A stretch of 60,312 nucleotides of DNA, counting the filler, from Dimargaris cristalligena (taxonomy: Eukaryota): NCBI GenBank assembly GCA_003614675.1. It is 4 parts of 4 records of this genome, joined end to end, with 100 filler letters (N's around TTAATTAATTAA, not from the genome) between each part and the next. Parts side by side here need not be neighbours in the genome. Positions count along the whole stretch, not along the records: positions 1 to 15,023 come from ML002918.1; 3 more parts are not named here. One strand, given 5' to 3'. Below, piece by piece: positions 1-12,200 of the stretch (positions are counted from its first letter, which is position 1; every line of letters starts with the position of its first letter). Below the pieces are notes generated by a model, which was given only the letters and a program-made list of their open reading frames with translations, ran no database searches and had not been told where the DNA came from. Both the position numbers and the translations under genes were made by a program.

Positions 1-417
1 TTTATTATCTATCTTTTCAAATAAAGTTCAGTTTTCAAGGATTTGATTTCAGTTCTTTACACATGCATTAGTGTGCATTTTTTATATATAAGGGTAACTT
101 TTTCCCCTCTATTTTTCTGTATAAAATTTTGGGTGTCAAATTTCTTTTTTTCTTTTTCTTTACAATAAAACTACCTTTACTATTACTTTGGATTACTTGG
201 ATTTATATACCTTTGAAAGGTGTGGTTGCCAAGGAAATGGTCCTTTTGAGCTTCCAAACTAGTATTATTATTACTTGGGTTAGACTGGTTTTTTTTTATT
301 ATAAGGTATTTTATATTGAATTTTTATTTGAGTGATAAACCAGTTCACCTGGAGAAGCCACCCTACCCTTTTGATATATTTTTGTTGTTTATTTTAGTAG
401 CTTAATGCCACCACTCT

Positions 418-1111
418 GTGACACTAGTCACTAGGGGCCTAGTTATATATATGCAGAGACCACTCCAGAGGGAGGTCCCAAGGGAAGACTATGGGTAACT
501 AAGGTATATAGTGAAAATAGACCAACCAGATGGCTACTAGTATCTGGAAGACTCTCATGGTAACCAGAAGAGTCTTTGGATTGTTAATGCCAAACCAACT
601 GTGGCACTAGCAATGGACCAAGGAGAACAAGGTGATGTACATACAGTCAGGGTGGAACCCCATCCATCTGGGAATGACTCCCCTTAGAGGAGAACCTGAC
701 ATTACTATGGCCACAACATCCTTACTTGGCCCATGTATTTTCACCAATATAAAAAGGAAGAAATAGCCTGCCAAGACAGAGCTCCCTAGATGACTATCAA
801 CCCCACTCACTTATTAATCACTTAATTGCCAGTATCTCCATTATCACTTATTCACATCATTTCATACAATAAATCTATGTTATTCAGCCCACTATAGTTA
901 TAGTCTGCTCATAAGAAAATTTGCTAATTAACAGGATCAGCATGTTGAGTGATTAGTGTAAAGTGGTGAAGTCCAGAAGGGGAAGGGTTATATGATATAG
1001 GGTGATCCCATAGTACCAGGGGTGACCATGGGAAGGTTAATGTGGTGCTCTATGGCCTAATGGAGATGGACACTATTGTGTCTGGATTAAGTCAGATTAG
1101 AAGGTCCAACA
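418..1111 (+). mobile_element. Solo-LTR family A, 5'-truncated copy, interrupted by a nested LTR
   Basis: Shares blocks (CTCCAGAGGGAGGTCCC, GATCCCATAGTACCAGGGG, GTCTGGATTAAGTCAGATTAG, terminal CCAACA) with copies at 15605, 30973, 32149 and 32778. Left boundary approximate. Confidence 0.75.
582..933. mobile_element. Nested 352-bp solo-LTR-like insertion (family B)
   Basis: Termini TGTTAAT...ATTAACA, flanked by direct GGAT (578-581, 934-937). Absent from the other family A copies. Internal AATAAA near 868. Confidence 0.7.
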
Positions 1112-2664
1112 TAGACTAGATATAATGAAAATTTGAGATATAATTAAACCACACTTTATACATTTTTTCCTCATATGGCATCAATGCCAGTTTTGGGTTT
1201 GTAAGTCTTGAGATATCAGGCATAGTGTCATGAGAGAGTTGGTGGTATTCCAAAATTGAGTAGTTAGTAGGCCTTAACCACATCATGGAAAATGTACTAA
1301 GTATAGCAGACCTTAAAATAAGATTTATAAGAAATTTGATAAGAGTTGCCTATTAGGCAATTGACCACCAGTGTATCCTATCAATACTTATCTACCTTTG
1401 GTCCTGAGCACCTGAAAACTGGCACCAATCACACCCCTTCACCAGGATACTGTCTCTTACAATTAGTATTACTGTGATATGTCAATCCATGATCTATCCA
1501 CCCACCAAAAATGGTCTCCCATCCAATTACCTCATGCTATCAACATTATGGAATTCGCATTGACTTAATAGTTTATAATTTAAGTGCCTCATCTAATGTC
1601 TGGCCTAGGCCAGGTCCTATCGCCAACTGTTTTATACTTTCACAAGTAGGATATGTCGTGGGTTCCTATACTGGGTCTAGCTGACATGGCCAGCCTAATT
1701 ATATTTGTGTAAAAATGGATCCAAGTGTGCAGGCTTATTTGCTGTATAGTCACTGAATATCCCATTTGGTCGAAACCTTCAGCCAAGAGCTTAGGCTGAA
1801 GCTCTATTCCGGGAGCAAATAGTATACCTAGCGGCTTAGATTATAGCACCAATTTATAGTACCTAGCCATAACCCAGGGACCTGTGGTGTATATAATGCC
1901 TTAGCGTAGATTTCCGTGCTGCCATCTGACTACTCAATAAGGGAGACAAGTGGGTATGGCTACACTCTCATTGTCTTCTAAATATGGGACAAGTTCAGTC
2001 CCGCTTTTTAACAAAAGAAAAACCGCCTGTGCCCCCATACGGATTTCATTGCAATATATATATATATATATGTACTGATGTTCGCCTATATTCACACAAA
2101 CGGCAACCTTCTCGGTTTTTATCAGTATCCCTGTTGAGAAACAATACTATTCAATGATTTAAGTGGGCGTCCGTTTTTTCTAATATCTATATTGACTCCA
2201 TACCATTCTACCTCTGCAAAAATCTACGGAGAAAAAAAAACGAGAGGGAACAGCTCTCTAAAATAGAGTTTATTGAGGAAACCAATGTCAAAGGTACATT
2301 AGTTGTTAAATCTATACATTTGGCTATGTTAGTCAGTTAATCTCCATCATAATTGCGGGGTAGCCAAATGAGGGGTACCCAGCATAGTATTCAAGGATAA
2401 GCGGGGTAAAGGAGCAACCCCGGTGAATGATAAAACAGTTGGCGAATTCCAAACGATCCAACCCGGCGTTGTGGTTAGAGGTCCGATCAGTAGAGAACGG
2501 CAACTCATTCCCTTTACGATCTCCGCTCAGTGGGGGGATATGTCCCCTGGCCATTTGCGGGGTTACATTTGAGCTGACGATGCCCCGCCAGTCCCAGCAA
2601 TTTGGATTCAGGGGCCTCCTTTTCCCGGCCTGTCCCTCCTTCACCTGCAGCGAGGTTCCCAGGA

Positions 2665-3495
2665 TCAGCGGTCTTTTGTTTTATGACAGGCATCCCGGAG
2701 GTTTTTAACAAACGCGGGCACCCCCGCCTTGACCACCCAGTTGATAATAAACGCGGGGATATGACCATCGGGATTCTCGAAATAATGCATAGCGACCTGG
2801 CATCCGCGACCGATCGGGAGGGCCGAGACCACCAGAGCCTGGAAGTACTGCTTGACCCGAGTGCGGCCCTTGCTGGGTTTAGGTAGCTTGGTCTGGGCAC
2901 TGACTAGCCGGTCGGGAATACCCGAGTAGTTGCCCTGTTCAGTCAAGGAAGAGCCCAAGGTTACATAATAAGTGCGACCCTGGTGGACCACCGTGTGTTT
3001 ATGGATTCGGTAGACGTATTCCCGGTTAGTAAGGGGGAACGGGTACTTGACCGTGTACTGGTACTGCTGGGGACCTAATTCGTCGTAGCCGAGCATGTTG
3101 ACATCCCAGGCTTTACGGTAGTTGAGGTCGGTGTAAACCTGGTCCAGAACACTGGCCTCGACATCCGCAAAGACCCCCTTCACCCGGTACTCGTATAAGA
3201 CTCCCCCACCCTGGGCCTCGGCGGCGGGGGTGTGGCCATGGGGCTCCGTTGTCGAAGATGGGGACGGCCCAGTAGCCGCTGGGTCGACCTTGGGTAAGGG
3301 TCGGACTTCGTTTATGATTTCATCGAGGGCTAGCCCGTATGGCTTCGAGTTGTTGTAGATTCGGCGGTAAAATTGAAACTGGTGAAGGTTTTCGAAATGC
3401 TCCCAGCCAGACAAGTCGGGCTCGACGGCGTCGCTCACCAATTGCTGGAATATAGGGTGTTCGCCAGGACCAGTAGCGTTACTTTCCTCGAGCAT
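2665..3495 (-). CDS. START-domain lipid transfer protein, PCTP/STARD2-STARD7-like
   Basis: 276-aa ORF with YEYRVKG, DLNYRKAWD, KYPFPLTNREYVY and YFENPDGHIPAFIINWVVKAGVPAF, motifs typical of PCTP-type START domains. Confidence 0.85.
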   Translation of the reverse strand: MLEESNATGPGEHPIFQQLVSDAVEPDLSGWEHFENLHQFQFYRRIYNNSKPYGLALDEIINEVRPLPKVDPAATGPSPSSTTEPHGHTPAAEAQGGGVLYEYRVKGVFADVEASVLDQVYTDLNYRKAWDVNMLGYDELGPQQYQYTVKYPFPLTNREYVYRIHKHTVVHQGRTYYVTLGSSLTEQGNYSGIPDRLVSAQTKLPKPSKGRTRVKQYFQALVVSALPIGRGCQVAMHYFENPDGHIPAFIINWVVKAGVPAFVKNLRDACHKTKDR

Positions 3496-4564
3496 GGTTG
3501 TAATATATATATATATATATATAAGAAATGTGTACTACTATTTCGCAGATGGGGGGTGGCACTATTGTACAAGATTACTACTATCAAAAATAAGGAATGT
3601 GAAATAGAGGGATATAGTGGCGGGGGGATGTGGCTGGTGGGGCAATATTGTGAAGGATAAGAACCCGGGGGTTTTGAGGGAATATATATATATGTACATT
3701 TAATAGAGGCTTAATTCTAAGCCCCGCAACTTCTACAATGTGGCGGGCATTGTCGCCGCAAAGGATGACGTATTAGGGTGGATGGGGCAATGGAATTCTG
3801 GAAACCCCAACACAGTCAAGCCAAGTATCCCTGAGGGGATTATCCTTTTATTATTGTATTCTTCGAGCAAATGAAATGAAAGGGGCCACTCATTATTTCT
3901 CTAGTAACCGGGTGTTATCTGCCAATATGAAAACGACGTATTCATCAGAACTGGGCGTTAGATAAACAGTATTATGTCGAAAATACGAGCCTGGCTGGTG
4001 ACGATGCTAAGTCAAAAGTAACGGTAACGCACCGGGTTATAACAATGAAATGTGGATAAACCACCGACTCTTGGATTATTCCGGATGTGATAATTTAAGG
4101 GCCAAAAATGGTTGGCCCAAGAAAGTCGGATTCGGTTCAGACTGGCTTCAGAGTATGCTCCGGAGATTAAACACGTTTTGGGTGGGTTTTACAGTCCAAA
4201 ATTTCAGACGAGGAAGTCCAACACCAAAAAAACCGTGCCTACCTCAACCCCAAGGACATACAAAGGCCATTAATTTGTATTAACCGTTGGCCAGACCTGA
4301 CCCAGTTGCCATTAATCTTTTACGCAGTTTTATATACACAGGCTACCTTGAATACTAACTTGGAGCGATACACAGTCTCGTCCCCCAGATTATCTATCAA
4401 GTACCAAATGGACCTAATAAGCCCCTTGTCTTAGACGACCGATTAGGTTACCCGAACTCTTTCTCGATATCCTGCCCCGATAACCCCACACCCACCTGAC
4501 CACCCGAGGCAATAAAAAAAAAGGGGGTTCCCCTTGGAATTAGTATCCTATTCCTGACATATAG

Positions 4565-4848
4565 ATGTACACCTTTATACCCTATCACTCTGTTTTACAT
4601 TACACTTATGCACACCCTTTGTAGACTGGATCTCTCTCCTTCACTGTAAATCTGACTTAGTGGATAGACATTCCTATTCCAGCATACCCCTATCCAGAAG
4701 ACTCGAATGTGACATTGGAGAAGTTACCCATTGTAACAGAGACCTAGTGGAATGTGAACCCGGCATGATGTGTAACAAATATATCGAAGTTTACAATGTA
4801 AAATGTTTATGTAAGATAGCGCTTATCTCCCACCATTCAGTTCGATAA
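4565..4848 (+). pseudogene. Candidate secreted Cys-rich pre-pro-peptide with an out-of-frame start
   Basis: Frame open 4558-4848: hydrophobic VHLYTLSLCFTLHLCTPFVDWISLLHC, dibasic RR, then a six-Cys domain ending in CxC. The nearest ATG (4565) is out of frame. Confidence 0.35.
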
Positions 4849-4977
4849 CCTTGGATACAACAATATAGCAAAATACTACAAAATGAATTCGGGCTTGGTT
4901 TGTCAAGTTAAAAACAATATAAAATGATATATCCTAAAGCTACAATATATCGAAAAAGACTAGTCGATGACCAATTA

Positions 4978-5487
4978 TCAGGATATATAGGTCCACTGGA
5001 AGCTTTCGTCATTGGGACCCCGGCGGTCCCACATGGAGAAATGAGGAGTAGTTGTCCATTTGAAGAGACCAGCCCCACGCAGTTGGCGCTCCAGTATTCC
5101 TAAACTATACTGCATGTGGACTTGGTCATCCGGGTGGATCCCATTAATGTACCAGAAGTCGTTCTCGAATCCAGCATTTTCCGGAGAACTGGAAAAATCA
5201 TTAGCCTGCTCGGCGAGGGTTCGGTCGGGATTATCGCACAAGTACCACAGTGTAAACTGTTCAGGATGGGTGTCTCTCCATCGCATAACGATGATGAATG
5301 TGCATGGGAGGCAAACAATTCGACCGTCCTGGTATTCATCGTTGGTTCGAGCGGTAATTTCCGAATTGATCCAGAAATTTATGCCTCTCAGCACTCCCAC
5401 CGCGATACTCTTGGCGGATGGTCGCGAAGTGGGGAACAGGAAAGGGATCGGACTATTTCGGTCGATGGGTGCATTGTTCGAGGACAT
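4978..5487 (-). CDS. Hypothetical protein, 169 aa
   Basis: ATG-initiated ORF with protein-like composition, bounded by AT-rich flanks. No family recognised. Confidence 0.55.
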   Translation of the reverse strand: MSSNNAPIDRNSPIPFLFPTSRPSAKSIAVGVLRGINFWINSEITARTNDEYQDGRIVCLPCTFIIVMRWRDTHPEQFTLWYLCDNPDRTLAEQANDFSSSPENAGFENDFWYINGIHPDDQVHMQYSLGILERQLRGAGLFKWTTTPHFSMWDRRGPNDESFQWTYIS

Positions 5488-7172
5488 ACTTCTTCTTTTT
5501 TTTAGGGGGGGTGAGGATTTGTGAGCGAATATGCTATATTTTGGACTGGATCAGGATGTTGAAATAGGAAATAAGGTAGGAATGACCTATAAGAAATAAT
5601 AAACAGGGCGTAGGGGGAAAATGGAAACACAGATAGTGAGCTATATCGCGTGAAAATGGCACTAAAAGGGCTTTAAGGGAATATCTAATCCGACAATTGC
5701 TAAATGATATTGTCAAGGGTTGGTCTGGCTAAGCAATGCTATTGAAGAGACGATGGCGATGGATGTTGATATAGAATGTGGGGGGTGAATTTCATTTCAA
5801 AGGGTATGGATATCTATTCGTTTATATACGCATCGCAGGCATGACTAGATGGGTCTTTGGTAGGGTAAGGTGGTTAACGGGAACTATTGTGTATACAATC
5901 AAATGTCCCATCCATATGATGCTAGCCCAAGATTCGGCATAGCCTAATCCAAGGTACAATATAACAATGTCTACTTCAAAGGGACTGGTGGAGCCTCTCG
6001 TAGATAGTATAGTGGCTACAACAAACCATGTTTGCTGCGAAAGTGTCTCCAGGGATAGTTGGGGGCCACGCGGGTTTCGGAATCCTAGTCTTGGAGCCCA
6101 TTATGGGTCTAACACGCCAAAGACTATGGCTCCGTGGGATAAACCAGTGGCTTAGGGAATTCCGCGGAAATTCTCGTAGATGCCGATTGTCTAATTCCTA
6201 CTGGTTGTATTGAAGCTGATCCGAACGCTATTGACTAATGAAATTTGAACGAATGAATAATCCAGTACCCGGGGCCGCAACACCACCAGTATAAGCACAC
6301 CCATTCTCCTCCCTATTTTAAATACAAACAATGTCGCCTCTTTATTCCCTCCAACTTGCGTTAGTTCTATGAGCTTCAATGATTTTGGTACCTAGTTATT
6401 TTGGGACAATCGAAAAATCGAAAGACCCGTGGGGATCCCCGTCGAACATCGACAGCAAGGGAAAATATTGGTTTGGAAATGGCCTGAATCATCGTATTCT
6501 AATGGGGTAGGGACAGTGAGTTCTTAGAAACTAAGCCACCGTGTGTTGGAACCACCGCAATCAAAGCAGCAGTTCCGATTGGCAGCCGCTATTGTCAGGT
6601 CACGGCACCATCGACGAGGTATCCTAGAAGTCAAGAATTTATATTGATCAAAACGAATAGTTCTTGGCATCAGTATCATATTTATTTTTAGAAAAAATAA
6701 TTCAGTATACCTGGGGCCAGCACTCCTATGCCCTTGGTGTATACCCTTTGACAGAATAATGCACACGTATGTCATATTTTTTTAGCATTTGGGGTACCCT
6801 GTATATCGTATGCCTGACAACATTCGTCCGCCTCTCATTTTTCAAATGTGGGACATTCGAGTACTATTGTGACCATCTCCCGAGATGACAAGTCACTACT
6901 CCACAAAATAAACGGAATCATGTGGGACTTATAATATTTAATAATTCCCCAAATGAGGTCAGGAATTGTATACATTGATTGTACATTATTTATTCGGCCT
7001 GAAGCCATCCCCAAAACAAGCTCATTGTCTAACAATGTTGGAAGTCCATATGGTAAATCGAAAATGTGCGGAGTGCATCGGTATTACCTTTCCAGTTGCA
7101 TGGTTACCCTGGGCCAACCCAAAAGAAGTAAACGGCGTGTGGCCTTATACCAAACACGGGCTAGCCATGGGA

Positions 7173-8487
7173 CTACGTGTACTGGGTTTTGTTTTGAAGG
7201 TATAGGTAGTCAACATTTTCAAGTTTGGCCACTCTGATAGGGTTTGGTTCAGGATGTACGAAATTTAAAATAAAATAAACAACGGGTTGGGTTAAAATCA
7301 TAGAATTTAGAAGGGGATAGACTCCGAGGGTGGCGACCGAAAGACCAGCTCCATAATTTTTCAAGGACAAGTAGTATCCATAGGGTATCCTCTTCGCCGA
7401 ACCACCCATGTATCTCGGCTACACTTAGTTAGATTTTGGTACTTACCCTTCTAGCCAGGTCTTAAAACGACTGAGCTCTTCCGGTACCCGCTTGACCTGG
7501 TCTTGGTGGACGTTTTGGACCAGAACTTCAATTAGCCACGAGCCATCTTTGGTACGAGGCTGTTTGGTGGAAAGATCGTGGGGCCGCTCTAGGTCATAGA
7601 CGCGGGATACCATCACCTTGAACCGATCGTGGCAGACAAACCAGCAGCCCTCTTTAATTAACTCGAATGCATAACGGTAGCCAAGTAGGGATACGAATTT
7701 GAAGGCATCGCCGCCACTAATTACGGAGTACAGCTCGGGCCGGGTCGTGGCGACGGTGGACATGTGGGGATCGGGGTGACCCTGTTGGCACAGAAACCTT
7801 TCAACGCGAAATAAATCCCACGAGTGAGGCAGCATATAGGGAGTTAGAATAGTGGTGGGGATATTGTGGGTATGAGGGGCATTATCAGTGGGACGCTGTA
7901 ATTTGGGGGGAGGTGGGAATGGATCCCAAAATGAGGGCAACTGGTGTCCAGCGATTAGGAATGCCCAGCAGGCGGATATGATAGATCGGATGACAGCAGC
8001 CGTATGCATACACCTAAGTGGCTTATATATTAAGTTACCATTTGCGAATATGAAGGTTTTGGGGGTCGCAGTCAGGGCCCACCTCACTCTGCAGCCGAAG
8101 GACGACATCGTCGTTACGCATGGGACCAGGAGGAGTCTGTACTGTAGGGAAGGGCGCGTCAGGGAAATAGGTAGCAGTGTTGCAGAGCCATACTATAAGG
8201 ATCATGCGGTATAGTAATTATCACTAGGCAAGGTCGGTGTGGCAGCTGGAAACGTCCATATTGGCAAATAAGGATAGACCGCCTCCTGGCTTGAACCAGC
8301 CCGGGACGAGAAGTGGACAGAGAGCGAGCTACCTACCAGTGGGCACAAGACCAAGGATATGTTGGGTCAGGGGCTGCCGCATGTCCTCACCACCGCAGAG
8401 ACTCACGAGCCGGTCCATGAGGGCGGGGTACATGTGATCTGGTACGAGACCATGAAGACTGCATTCGTAGGTAGTTGGGAGAGCCAT
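7173..8487 (-). CDS. MED18: Mediator subunit 18 (Srb5), 4 exons: 8487-8337, 8141-8039, 7797-7447, 7233-7173
   Basis: Canonical GT-AG introns join in frame to give MALPTTYECSLHGLV...DDVVLRLQSE...KWFLCQQGHPDP...FVSLLGYRYAFELIKEG...VDYLYLQNKTQYT, matching Med18 motifs. Confidence 0.85.
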
Positions 8488-9282
8488 GCGGGATGTGAAG
8501 GGAAGCTTTGACTGAGGAATGGGCCGATAAATAGAGAAACACCGGATTGGAACCAAGTGGATGGGATTTGGAAAGAGGCGCTGCGACTTCCGCGGTTAGC
8601 TAAGGTGATCCCTCTAATCCAGGCGCAGCCAGTGAAAGAGGTGGACGGGGTCCATTTCACATGGATAGACACGCCCTACCAAGTGGCCAAGTTGGAGGAG
8701 TGTGTGTGTATGTGACGGTTCGAAGCAGACGAACACCGGGCTTCGAAAGCGCCGTCGCTGGCGGTTAGGTAGGCGCAGCCGCAATCGATCTCTACTGATG
8801 CCAGCTTAATAATCCAGCCACCTGATGCCCAGGCCCGGCGAATAAACGGGGGGTCCCTGGTCATGGGAACTTGGTCGGTTGGTTGGGGAAGAAAGCCTCA
8901 CTCTATGCAGTGCAGTGAACTAGAAGAGAGAGAGTCCTGTGTATACCCGCCGTGGCTATATGCCCTCCCCCAAACGGCCTCTTGATTATTGCATACAACC
9001 ACTAATTCTCTGCATATAAACCATCACCACTCTTATAGTCCACACATCCCGGGCAAGGCTGTGCAACGTTGCTTGTTGTTTTCGGGTTCTTTTTCTTTTT
9101 GACTTTCCGACTCCTTCACCCACACACCACCTGCCTACTGCTTGCTGTATCTCTCTCTTATCCCTAACCGTGTCTTTTTTACTTTGTCGTTCCTCCGCCT
9201 TTTTACCATTTCATTTCATTACATCCTTCTTCCCTGCCCTCCTTCACTCATACAATCGTTTCTGTGACTCCACTCGACCGCC

Positions 9283-12200
9283 ATGGAAGTAAGTACTCAT
9301 ATATGCCCCTGAGGGCTCCTCCCCTTCGATCCCGCCCCTACCCTTACTCCGAACTCCGCCAACGCCGGCACCCCGTTACTGACCTGGCCTCAACCTATAT
9401 ACACCATACTACCCCCCTGCCCCATTTTCAGGTGATCCTGGACTTTTCGCGGGAGTTTGACGTCAATCTCCTGGATCAGGTCGTCAATGCCTTTTTCACC
9501 ACCGGCCCTGACGTAAGTCCCCCCTCTATTTCGGTCTAGCGGCCCCTTTTAACCCCCCCATTCTGACCCCTACGGGGCCGGGGCTATTGTGTATTTATGC
9601 TCCGGACAATAGCACCGGGCCCAGCAGTCTTTCCCCCTCCCCTCCTCCCGCAGCCCTCTGACCCTGCCCTCTACTGGTCCCCAAGGGTCTCTTTTAGAAA
9701 CCGTCTTATACACCCTATATTACACCCCTCTCCGGGCGGCTGACCCCTACTGCTCTCTCACGGCTAACCATCTGACCCTGCTCTCCCTATATCCACCCGT
9801 TTCACACGCACCCCCCTCCCCTGTATCCCATCAGAGCCAACGGGCCCAACAAATCCTGAGTCAATTTCAGGAACATCCCGACTCTTGGACTCGTGTCGAC
9901 ACGATATTGACCAACTCCAGCTCGTTGCAGGCCAAGGTAATTAACTTCCCCTCCCCACCTTTTTTCTACGCCTATAGCTAGATCCGATTCATCTCGTTAT
10001 ATCATTCCGCCATGGTTGTAACCCGACTAGTCCACCCGGCCTAACTATGCTTTTCTTATGTCTCTTACGATCACTAACCTTTTCCCCTGTTCCGTCTCTC
10101 CCCTCCCGCTATATCCGCCCAGTTCATTGCCCTGCAAATTCTGGAAAAGCTGATCCAGACCCGGTGGAAGGTCCTGCCCGTTGACCAGCGCCAGGGCATT
10201 CGTAATTTCATTGTAGGGACTATCGTGAGCGTCTCGTCCGACCCTCAGTCCCTCCACAAACAACGCGCCTTCATTAACAAGCTTAACTTGACCCTGGTCC
10301 AGATCCTCAAGAAGGAATGGCCCCATAACTGGCCCACCTTTATCACCGAAATGGTCACCTCCAGCCGGTCTAACGTGTCCATCTGCGAAAACAACATGGC
10401 CATCCTGAAGCTGTTCAGCGAAGAAATCTTCGAGTACGGTGCCGAGCAAATGACCTTCGCCCGTACCCATGATATGAAGGGCCACATGTGGCAGGAAATT
10501 TCAGAGATCTTCAACCTCATGAAGGAAGTCCTGCAGATGGCTAGCCAGCCCTCTCTGATTGCCGCCACCCTCAACGCCTTCCTGCGCTACCTCTACTGGT
10601 TGCCGTACGGCTACACCTTCGAGACCAACATCATCGATATCATCTGCAACCGCTTCCTGGATACCAAAGAGTTCCGTAACCTGGCCCTTAAGTGCCTGAC
10701 CGAAATTGGCAGCACCAACATCACCCTCCCTGAACACCTTGACAAAAGCGCCCAGATGTTCGAAATGGCCATGCGCTCTATCTACCCCGCCATTTCCTCC
10801 GCCCCCGATTTAAATCAAATCTACGAAGAGGGCTCGGACGAGGAACAGGAGTTTATCCTTAACGTCGTGCTCTTCCTCACCTCCTCCCTGACCTCCCGGC
10901 TCAACTACTACGAAAAGAAGGTCAGCCGGGAAACCGTGGTGCGTGCCCACCAGTGTCTGCTTCACCTGTCCCGCGTCGAAGAGCGCGAAGTCTTTAAGGT
11001 CTGCCTCGAGTACTGGATCTTCCTGGTCAAGCAGCTCTACGACGAGAGCAACATGACCCCCTTGGGCGGCGTGCCCTTACTCAATATGACCTCCATGTCC
11101 GACCAAAATGGCGCCAGCGCCCGTAAGAAGATGTACGCTGAGGTGCTGTCCCCACTGCGTGCTGTCATGATCGAGCATATGGTCCGCCCCGAGGAGGTGC
11201 TCATTGTGGAGAATGACGAGGGTGAGATTGTCCGCGAGTTTGTCAAGGAAACCGACACCATTACCCTGTACAAGAGCATGCGCGAGTGCCTGGTCTATCT
11301 GACCCATCTGGACGTGCTGGACACGGAGGCAATCATGAACGAGAAACTGGCCCGCCAAATGGACGGTTCGGAGTGGTCGTGGAATAACCTCAACAAACTC
11401 TGTTGGGCCATCGGTTCCATCAGTGGTGCCATGAGCGAGGACATGGAGAAGCGCTTCCTGGTCATCGTTATCAAGGACCTGCTGGGTCTGTGCGAGATGA
11501 AGCGCGGCAAGGATAACAAGGCCGTGGTGGCGTCTAACATCATGTACGTGGTGGGTCAGTACCCGCGTTTCCTCAAAGCCCACTGGAAGTTCCTCAAGAC
11601 TGTCGCCAACAAGCTATTCGAGTTCATGCACGAATCCCACGAGGGGGTCCAGGACATGGCCTGCGATACCTTCATCAAGATTTCCAACAAGTGCAAGCGC
11701 CACTTTGTGGCCCAGCAGCCCGGCGAGGTCGCCCCCTTCATCGAGGAAATTATCAGCAGTATGGATACCATCACCTCGGACCTGGCCCCCCAGCAGACCC
11801 ACACTTTCTATGAAGCAGTAGGCCAGATGATCTCCGCCCAAACCAACGCCAGTGTGCAGGAGCAGTTGGTGGTGAACTACATGAAACTGCCCAACCAGGC
11901 CTGGTTCTCCATTATCGAGGCGGTCAAGAAGGACATCACGGTGCTCAACAACCCCAACAATATTAAGGTGCTGGCCAATGTGCTCAAGACCAACGTCGCC
12001 GCCTGCCGGGCCGTGGGCCCCGGTTTCCTATCCCAGATTGGGCGCATCTACGTGGATATGCTCAGCCTATACAGCAATGTGAGCGCGGCCATCTCCCGCG
12101 AGGTGGATGAGAAAGGTATGGTGGCCACCAAGATGCCCCATATCCGGGCCATGCGGACCATCAAGAAGGAGACCCTCAAGCTCGTCCAAACCTACGTGGA

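Noticed and set aside
3503..3523. (TA)n tracts near gene starts as 6mA-linked elements
   Set aside because: Simple microsatellites. Methylation cannot be read from sequence.
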